Positions 25,559 through 32,000 of a DNA stretch of 32,000 bases are shown here, piece after piece. Both the position numbers and the translations under genes were made by a program. Below the pieces are notes generated by a model. It ran no database searches, was not told where the DNA came from, and saw nothing but the letters and a program-made list of their open reading frames with translations. Position 1 is the first letter of the stretch. Each line of letters opens with the position of its first letter. Origin of the DNA: Desulfotalea psychrophila LSv54 (GTDB lineage Bacteria > Desulfobacterota > Desulfobulbia > Desulfobulbales > Desulfocapsaceae); the NCBI RefSeq assembly GCF_000025945.1, contig NC_006138.1, positions 1,470,001 through 1,502,000 of the forward strand, in the 5' to 3' direction.

Positions 25559-25647
25559 TCCTACTTTGAGATGCAGGCAGTAAGGTTTGATGGCAAGGAG
25601 ATGCTCTTTTGAGTTCTCTTTGCTTTTTTTTTGTACAGAGGATAATT

Positions 25648-26121
25648 ATGACTCCAGGTGTGAAACAGGTAAAAAAAGCGGGGATGAGCTATAAACTCCA
25701 TGAGTATAAGCATGATGTGCGAGCAGAATCCTACGGGCTTGAGGCAGCAGAAAAACTTGGGGTTGCTGTGGAGAGGGTTTTTAAGACTCTGGTGGTGGAG
25801 GATGGGGATGGCAATATGGCCGTTGCCATTATTCCTGTCTCTTGTTCCCTTAACTTGAAAAAAATGGCCATGGCTCTGGGTGTTAAAAAAATAAATATGG
25901 CCGACAAGGTTCGGGTACAAAAGACAACGGGTTATGTTCTGGGTGGGGTAAGTCCTTTGGGACAAAAAAAGCGTCTGCCAACCGTACTGGAGAGTTCAGC
26001 CCGGGAGATTGCCACCATCTATGTCAGTGCCGGTAAGCGTGGCCTTGATATTGAGCTTGCCCCGGATGTACTTGTAACTCTGCTTGGGGCAGCCTTTGCA
26101 GACCTCTCGTCTAGCTCTTAG
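25648..26121 (+). CDS. ybaK: Cys-tRNA(Pro)/Cys-tRNA(Cys) deacylase
   Basis: MTPGVKQVKKAGMSYKLHEYKHD...TGYVLGGVSPLGQKKRLPTVL...IYVSAGKRGLDIELAP is near-collinear with E. coli YbaK as I recall it. SD AGAGGA precedes ATG 25648. Confidence 0.93.
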   Translation: MTPGVKQVKKAGMSYKLHEYKHDVRAESYGLEAAEKLGVAVERVFKTLVVEDGDGNMAVAIIPVSCSLNLKKMAMALGVKKINMADKVRVQKTTGYVLGGVSPLGQKKRLPTVLESSAREIATIYVSAGKRGLDIELAPDVLVTLLGAAFADLSSSS

Positions 26122-27161
26122 TCCTCCTCACAAAAGAGAAGGAGGTGCCCCTGCGCACCTGTCTCTTTTCTCTTCTCCAGTAAACTGCCGCAACTTGCGT
26201 CCTCAAAGGAGTAGATATCGATACGTTTGCGTCCATACTTCTCACGGGGAAAGGCAACCTCTATTGCCGCATTCCACAGGGCGATGTCTTCATAGTTTTG
26301 ACCCTGAACTAGCGCCTCAATTCCTTCCAAGAGAGAGCTGTTCTCTTCCTTAAAGGCTGTGATCCTCTCAATGGATTCAAGGGACTCCCATCCCGTGATT
26401 GCAGGGAGAGCAATGGCGAAACTGGGCTTGATGAGGCTCTCTGTAAGGGTGTTATAGCTATCGAGCATTCTCTCTGCTGCATCTCTGTTATCGGTTATAA
26501 AGATGTCGATAGTCTTAAATCTCTCCTCACTCCTCTGGTAGAGTGTCTTCCAGGCCAGGAGGCGATTTTGTACTGCCCCTGAACCCTGACTGACCATGTT
26601 TTTCTCCAGTAGCTGCAGGTCGGCTAAGGGGTTTTCTTCCTCGTCGATGAACTCTCCGTGCAGGTTTTGGAGAAGTTCAAGCTCATATCCTTCCAGGAGG
26701 CTGAGGTTACGGCTGAGCTCCTCCTCTTCTCTTTCCAGCAGTTCTGCAAGTTTAAGTACCAGGCGTGCCTGCCAAATTTCGGTGCCTTCTTGAGATGTCA
26801 GGTCGTGCCCACCCAGCAGTGAAGAGATAATGTCTCCCCGTGACTCCGGATGAGCCTTGTTTTTTGCTGAGAGTGCGGCCAAGCTAAGGCTTGAAAGTTG
26901 GGCCGCATAATCATCTTTGCGTGTACCTATATCCCTTACAAGGTGTAAAAATCTTGCCCGATTATCACCAAGAGGGCAGGGAGTATATGCTTGACAGAAA
27001 TCATTTTTAATGAAACTATCGTTGAGATCTGTATCGTGACTGATGGTGCTATCCTCAATCGGTTGAAGCAGATAAATGGTAGCGGGAAGCAGGAACATGG
27101 GATACTGCCGCGCCGAATAGATGGCAGTTCCTGGAAAATATAAGGTCTTTAGAGCACACAT
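26118..27161 (-). CDS. Hypothetical protein (347 aa), acidic, with a central coiled-coil-like region
   Basis: A long ORF with host-like composition and no motif I recognise. The central ELLEREEEELSRNLSLLEGYELELLQNLHGEFIDEEENPLADLQLLEK segment is helical and acidic. The stop overlaps the ybaK stop (TTAG). The start is uncertain (M1 at 27161 or M22 at 27098). Confidence 0.6.
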   Translation of the reverse strand: MCALKTLYFPGTAIYSARQYPMFLLPATIYLLQPIEDSTISHDTDLNDSFIKNDFCQAYTPCPLGDNRARFLHLVRDIGTRKDDYAAQLSSLSLAALSAKNKAHPESRGDIISSLLGGHDLTSQEGTEIWQARLVLKLAELLEREEEELSRNLSLLEGYELELLQNLHGEFIDEEENPLADLQLLEKNMVSQGSGAVQNRLLAWKTLYQRSEERFKTIDIFITDNRDAAERMLDSYNTLTESLIKPSFAIALPAITGWESLESIERITAFKEENSSLLEGIEALVQGQNYEDIALWNAAIEVAFPREKYGRKRIDIYSFEDASCGSLLEKRKETGAQGHLLLFCEED

Positions 27162-27470
27162 ATGAAAAGTCTCACCAATACGTTATCGTTTTATGCTTCG
27201 ATTGTTGTTTATTTGATCTTTAACCTTCGTCTGCAGGGGAATGGTGCAGGAGGAATCGATGCACTTTCTAGTTTTCAGGCCACGGCTCTGCAGATTGGGC
27301 AGACAGCACCATATATTGCAGGGTTTACATATTTTATTATTGCCATTTTACAGTATATGTCAGGGGGGGACAAGGTACCCTGGGATCGCAGAGTGCGGCT
27401 TTTTATGGCCCTTGGTATTCTCGGTGGTCTGTTTATGGGCATTTATGAATATGCAGGTGTTATTGAATAG
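27162..27470 (+). CDS. Small membrane protein (102 aa), possibly TrbC/VirB2-like
   Basis: An N-terminal hydrophobic segment plus two TM segments (APYIAGFTYFIIAILQYM, LFMALGILGGLFMGIY) flank a short G-x-x-x-P-W-x-R-R loop. A candidate terminator follows. The SD is poor. Confidence 0.5.
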   Translation: MKSLTNTLSFYASIVVYLIFNLRLQGNGAGGIDALSSFQATALQIGQTAPYIAGFTYFIIAILQYMSGGDKVPWDRRVRLFMALGILGGLFMGIYEYAGVIE

Positions 27471-27551
27471 ACTGATTGTACCTGCCTAATTCTGTTCTGT
27501 AAATGAACAAAGTTTCTTTTTTTCAGAGGTTTATTTCTTACATTTTTTCGG

Positions 27552-27590
27552 CCCCTTCCTGCTCTTGTGAGAGAGGTAAGGGGTTTTGTC
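27552..27590 (+). terminator. Candidate rho-independent terminator after the 102-aa ORF
   Basis: CCCCTTCC...GGTAAGGGG forms the outer stem with an inner CTCT/AGAG stem and a TGTG loop, followed by TTTTGTCTCTT. Confidence 0.5.
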
Positions 27591-27617
27591 TCTTGTAGCT
27601 CCTATTAAGGGTGTCCC

Positions 27618-30600
27618 ATGTTGCATCTTCATATATCTAACCACACCGAAAAGCTTCTCGAAATCTTAGCGGCCATTATTAAAAGAGAGGGCCGCGCCAA
27701 TCTCTTTGCCAGAGAAATTTTTTTAATTCAGAGCCCGGGGGTGGAGAGGACTGTCTGTCAGTATCTGGCCGATGAGTTTAAGAGCTGGTGTAATTTTGAT
27801 TTTCTCTTGCCTGCTGGTTTGTTGCGAAAAATAGCCTCAAGCCTCTATGTTGATCTTGAAACAGATCTCTTTGCCAGCCAGACGACCGTCTGGCGACTTG
27901 AGGCCCTGTTGCGGGATATTGATGAGGATATTTATCTGCCCTTGAAAAAATATGTAAGCGGCGAGGTGGCGGAGCTGAAAAGATATCAACTTGCCGGTCA
28001 GATAGCTCAGCTCTTTGATCAGTATCAGCTGATGCGTCCCAGCATGCTTGCCCGTTGGCGACTTGGCCAGAGGGTAACGGAGGAGGATTGCGAAATATGG
28101 CAGATGCATCTCTGGCAGAGACTGGTGGAGGAGTTCCCCGCTGCCCGGCATCAGGGAGAGATCTTAGAAAATATTATTGAAACATTGGAAAAAGAAGAGT
28201 GCCAACGTCGTCTGCCCAGGCGGATCTTTGTCTTTGGACTCCATACCATGGCCCCGCTCTTTTTAAAGTTCCTGCAGGCCCTGTCCTCCCGGACCGAGGT
28301 GCATCTCTTTCTCCTCTCCCCCTGCAGAGAATATTGGGGTGAGGTGGGGAGGGGAGGCGATCGTCTTCTCTCTCTGGAGGGCATAAGGGATTCGGGTGTC
28401 GATCTCTCTTCCTATGAGGAGGAAGAGCCTCAGCAGTTACTGGCCTCTCTTGGTCGGCAGGGCCGGGATTTTCAGCAGATGCTGGTGGCGTCCGCTGGTT
28501 ATAGTATAGACTCTGCCCTCTATCAGGGCTTAGGTGCTGGCTCTCCCCCCTCTCTTCTCCACGTCCTACAGGGGGATATTTTAGAGAGGGGCAGACTGGC
28601 GGTTACGGCAGCAAGAGACGATTCCCTTCGCATTGTCTCCTGCCATTCGCCTCTGCGGGAACTTGCTGTGCTCAAGGATCATATTCTTGACCTGCTCTAT
28701 AAGGATGCCAGCCTGCAGCTACGGGACATTGTGGTGATGGCCCCTGATATTCAGGAGTATGCCCCGCTCATTCCCGCCCTCTTCGCTGACATTCAGTACT
28801 CCATAGCCGATCGTGCCACGGGACAGCGCAATACGGTGATGGCTGTCTTTCTTGATTACCTCAACCTCTTCTCGGGAAGGTTCGGTTGGAGTGAGGTTCT
28901 TGATCTGCTTCGTTCGGAGCATATTTATTCCCAGTTTAGCCTTGGTGAGGGGGATTTTGATCTCCTGCAGAAGTGGGTGACAGAATCCGGTATTCGCTGG
29001 GGACTTTCAGCGGAGCAGAGGCAGGAGCTCGGCCTACCTCCCCTGGAGCTGAATACCTGGTTGGCTGGCTTGCAGAGGCTGCTCCTGGGCTTTGCCATGT
29101 CCGCCGATACCATGGTGGAGGGGGTTTTGGCCTACAGCGATATCGAGGGCAATAGTGCTCAGGCACTTGGCGGTCTTTGCGAATTTCTTCAGGTGTTACA
29201 GGGGGGACAAGAGCTCTATACCACTCCACGTCTTCTCCATGAGTGGGCAGAGTTGCTCCAGGGGGATGCGGAGCGTCTCTTTGGCGGTGAAGAAAATTCT
29301 GCCCATCAGGAACTACAGCAGATTCTGGCAGGGCTTGGCCGGGGCAGGGAGTATCAGGGCGTCCTTCTCTACAGTCAGCCCATTGCCTTTCAGGTGGTTA
29401 TGGCCTGGCTCCAGCAGGCCTCTGCCCAGGTTGGTTCCAGTGCAGGCTTTCTCCGGGGGCAGTTGACCTTCTGTTCTATGTTGCCCATGCGCTCTATTCC
29501 CTTTCGGGTGATCTGCCTTTTGGGGCTTAACGAGGGTAAGTTTCCCAAACAGGATAAGCAGGCGACCTTTGATCTCCTCGCCAGCAAACCCGAGCTGGGT
29601 GATCGCTCGCCAAGAATTGACGATCGTTATCAGTTTCTTGAGGCCCTGATCTCCGTGCGTGACTCTCTCTATCTGAGTTATGTGGGGAGATCGATAAAAA
29701 ATAATGGCGAGATTCCTCCCTCGGTTGTTCTCTGTGAACTGCTTGATCTGCTGGAGTGTAAATTTGCCATTAAGCCTGAGGATATTGTGGTTGAACAGCC
29801 CCTCCATCCCTTTAGTTCAAAATATTTTGAAGGGAGAGCTGACCTCTTTAGCTATAACGAGAACTGTCTTACCCTGGCCCAAAAGATCTATGGTGGTGGT
29901 GGCGGGGAGGAGCGTCCATGGTGGTCGGGGAACCTGGGACGACCTCAGGAGAACATCTACCTGGCCGATATGGTCTCTTTTTACAAGAACCCCCAACGTT
30001 GGTTTGTGAGCAGAAGTCTTGAGATTCGTCTGGGTGCCAGTTCGGATCTACCCGACGATACAGAGACCTTCTCTGCCTCGGGCCTTGATCGTTATCTGTT
30101 GGAACAGGGTTTGGTAGAGGATCTGCTGGCAGGTAGAGAGGTGGCAGATATCTATCATGGTCTGGCCATAGAGGGGCGCTGGCCCCAGGGGACTCCGGGG
30201 AGCCTCCTCTTTAAAAAACTCCTGACAGAGTTGGACGAATTTACCAACAGCATTCGTCAGATAGATCCCGGCCCGATTATCCAGACCCTTCCCATTGATC
30301 AGCGTATTGGCCCCTATCGTCTTTTGGGGAAGGTTGCCCTGCGCCAGAATGGGATTTTTCTCCATCGTTATGCCAATCGTAAGGGCAAAGATCTACTTGA
30401 GGCATGGTTATATCATCTGGTGGCGGGAAGGGAGCGACCGGATATTATCACCTGGCTGGTCTGTAAGGATGGGGTGCTGAAATTTTCAGAACAGCCGTCC
30501 GAGGAGATGCTCCTTCTCTATCTGGAGCACTTTGCCTTTGGTGTTAATACCCTCTCCTCCTTTCAAGTTGAGGCGGCCTATGCCTATAGTTTGCACTGTC

Positions 30601-30788
30601 AAAAGAAGAGTAAGAAGACACCGATGCAGGTAGCCGAGGAGACCTTGAAGGGGAGCGTGACAAAGGGGTATGAACCCGAGCTGGCCCTTGCCATCAGCGG
30701 TGGAGTGGAGGAGTTTTTGGCGGGAGAATTTGAACGATACTGTATAGAGCTGATGTTGCCTATTTGGGAGTACGCCGATGAGTTATAA
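27618..30788 (+). CDS. recC: Exodeoxyribonuclease V gamma subunit
   Basis: 1056 aa. N-terminal MLHLHISNHTEKLLEILA...IFLIQSPGVERTV is typical of RecC. The size and the immediately overlapping recB gene also support the call. Confidence 0.88.
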   Translation: MLHLHISNHTEKLLEILAAIIKREGRANLFAREIFLIQSPGVERTVCQYLADEFKSWCNFDFLLPAGLLRKIASSLYVDLETDLFASQTTVWRLEALLRDIDEDIYLPLKKYVSGEVAELKRYQLAGQIAQLFDQYQLMRPSMLARWRLGQRVTEEDCEIWQMHLWQRLVEEFPAARHQGEILENIIETLEKEECQRRLPRRIFVFGLHTMAPLFLKFLQALSSRTEVHLFLLSPCREYWGEVGRGGDRLLSLEGIRDSGVDLSSYEEEEPQQLLASLGRQGRDFQQMLVASAGYSIDSALYQGLGAGSPPSLLHVLQGDILERGRLAVTAARDDSLRIVSCHSPLRELAVLKDHILDLLYKDASLQLRDIVVMAPDIQEYAPLIPALFADIQYSIADRATGQRNTVMAVFLDYLNLFSGRFGWSEVLDLLRSEHIYSQFSLGEGDFDLLQKWVTESGIRWGLSAEQRQELGLPPLELNTWLAGLQRLLLGFAMSADTMVEGVLAYSDIEGNSAQALGGLCEFLQVLQGGQELYTTPRLLHEWAELLQGDAERLFGGEENSAHQELQQILAGLGRGREYQGVLLYSQPIAFQVVMAWLQQASAQVGSSAGFLRGQLTFCSMLPMRSIPFRVICLLGLNEGKFPKQDKQATFDLLASKPELGDRSPRIDDRYQFLEALISVRDSLYLSYVGRSIKNNGEIPPSVVLCELLDLLECKFAIKPEDIVVEQPLHPFSSKYFEGRADLFSYNENCLTLAQKIYGGGGGEERPWWSGNLGRPQENIYLADMVSFYKNPQRWFVSRSLEIRLGASSDLPDDTETFSASGLDRYLLEQGLVEDLLAGREVADIYHGLAIEGRWPQGTPGSLLFKKLLTELDEFTNSIRQIDPGPIIQTLPIDQRIGPYRLLGKVALRQNGIFLHRYANRKGKDLLEAWLYHLVAGRERPDIITWLVCKDGVLKFSEQPSEEMLLLYLEHFAFGVNTLSSFQVEAAYAYSLHCQKKSKKTPMQVAEETLKGSVTKGYEPELALAISGGVEEFLAGEFERYCIELMLPIWEYADEL

Positions 30789-32000
30789 AGCAGGAACGCC
30801 TGATCCGATTATCTTTGATGTGGCCAAAACACCCATGGAGAGAGGGGTTAATTTTATAGAGGCCAGTGCCGGGACAGGAAAGACCTATGCCATTGGTATG
30901 CTGGTCTTGCGGGCCATATGCGAGCAGGATATTGGCATTGATCGTATTCTTATTGTCACCTTTACCCGGGCGGCGGCCGAGGAGCTGCGTTCTCGGGTGC
31001 GGGCCCGTTTGGTGGAGGCCCGTGATCTTTTGCAGGGACGGCATGAGGATGCGAGTCTTCGTGCCTGGCAGGAGCATGCGGTAAAGGATGAGGGTGTGGC
31101 TCGACGCTTTATCTCTCGTCTGCAGCTGGCCATTGTCAATATTGACCGGGCAGGTATTTTCACCATCCACAGTTTTTGTCAGCGGATGCTCAGTGAGCAG
31201 GCCCTGGAAAGTGGTCAGCTCTTTAGGATGGATCTGCTTACCAGTCTCGATGACCTGCGTCTCCGGGCCGCCGAAGATTTTTGGCGTATTCATGTCTACT
31301 CCCTGTCTCCCTGGTCTTGTTCTTTGGTAATGGGCCAGTGGTCTTCTCCGGCGGATCTGCTCGCCAACGCCTTTGTCCATCTCCATGGCGATACCCGGAT
31401 AGAACCAGAGGTGGAAGATATCTCTCTTCTTTGGCAAAATCTCGAAGGAGCCATCGCCAGGATGAAGGAGTGGTGGCTCGGTTCGGGTACCGCCCTGCAG
31501 GAGGCCCTGGCCGAGGCCTGTGGCGAAGACAAGTTTAAGAAGGCCTTTGTCGCAGACTTTGCCGGCTCTTTCCGGGCCTGTGAAAAGTTCTTTCTGGGGC
31601 AGGCAGAAAAATTTCCGGCAAATCTCTCCTGGCTGACCGTGGCCGGGTTGAAGGTTGAGATAAACGGCAATAAGTTTCGTGGTAAGAAAAAGGATGAGAT
31701 CGACCCCTTTCTTAACAGCATGGGTCTGCCCGAAATGGCGGCCACGGAGTTACTGGAGCTCAAGAAGCAGCTCTTTATCGGCTACCGTATATTCTTTGCC
31801 GGAGAGCTGGAGCGAGGGGTAGGGCGGCAGCTGCAGGAGCATGGCTCCATCTCCTTTGATCAGCTTATTTCCCGTCTCGCAGCTGGGCTCTGCGGTGAGG
31901 AGACCCATTTGCAGACGGCCCTGCAAGCCCGTTATGATCTGGCCTTGATCGATGAGTTTCAGGATACTGATAACGAGCAGTGGCATATCTTCTCCAAGCT
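30778..32000 (+). CDS. recB: Exodeoxyribonuclease V beta subunit (5' part, runs off the window)
   Basis: Not in the ORF track because there is no stop in the window. Manual translation from ATG 30778 gives MSYKAGTPDPIIFDVAKTPMERGVNFIEASAGTGKTYAIGMLVLR...ILIVTFTRAAAEELRSRV...IFTIHSFCQRML...LALIDEFQDTDNEQW. These are SF1 helicase motifs I, Ia, III-like and II in RecB order. It overlaps the recC end by 11 nt. Confidence 0.88.
   Translation, partial: MSYKAGTPDPIIFDVAKTPMERGVNFIEASAGTGKTYAIGMLVLRAICEQDIGIDRILIVTFTRAAAEELRSRVRARLVEARDLLQGRHEDASLRAWQEHAVKDEGVARRFISRLQLAIVNIDRAGIFTIHSFCQRMLSEQALESGQLFRMDLLTSLDDLRLRAAEDFWRIHVYSLSPWSCSLVMGQWSSPADLLANAFVHLHGDTRIEPEVEDISLLWQNLEGAIARMKEWWLGSGTALQEALAEACGEDKFKKAFVADFAGSFRACEKFFLGQAEKFPANLSWLTVAGLKVEINGNKFRGKKKDEIDPFLNSMGLPEMAATELLELKKQLFIGYRIFFAGELERGVGRQLQEHGSISFDQLISRLAAGLCGEETHLQTALQARYDLALIDEFQDTDNEQWHIFSK

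Overview
This window looks like a bacterial chromosomal core region, at roughly 45-58% G+C in hand-counted lines, interrupted by one small accessory islet. The taxon is not determinable from the sequence; the gene content is compatible with a Desulfobacterota-type anaerobe, but that is only inference.

- **1-7509 (-):** a tightly packed, translationally coupled complex I-like operon in the order nuoA-B-C-D-H-I-J-K. It has no nuoE/F/G. It continues into two MrpD/NuoLMN-type antiporter-like subunits separated by an 82-aa membrane protein.
- **7660-9918:** a DUF169-like gene, co-oriented with and upstream of nuoA, and a divergent LysR regulator.
- **9920-19726:** housekeeping genes: truA, argC, rpsI, rplM, tRNA-Gly(GCC), hisB, a lipoprotein, a ttcA-like PP-loop ATPase, asnS, ubiE/menG and a long-chain acyl-CoA synthetase.
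- **About 19.7-22.9 kb:** the accessory islet. It holds a REP-like inverted hairpin pair and a ~410-bp array of ten 40-42-bp tandem repeats, most carrying a 14-bp palindrome. It also holds an AT-rich two-gene cassette (hand-counted lines at 25-32% G+C). The 417-aa protein of that cassette has a C-terminus that reads like a DUF4263 / Shedu PD-(D/E)xK nuclease. The 141-aa helical partner has a HEPN-like R-x2-N-x3-H motif. An imperfect 21-25-bp direct repeat brackets the islet.
- **22904-32000:** eamA, a MOSC-domain gene, usp, ybaK, an uncharacterised divergent gene pair, recC and the 5' part of recB.

The islet is the best candidate for something new. All family assignments come from reading the translations by eye, and no database search was possible.
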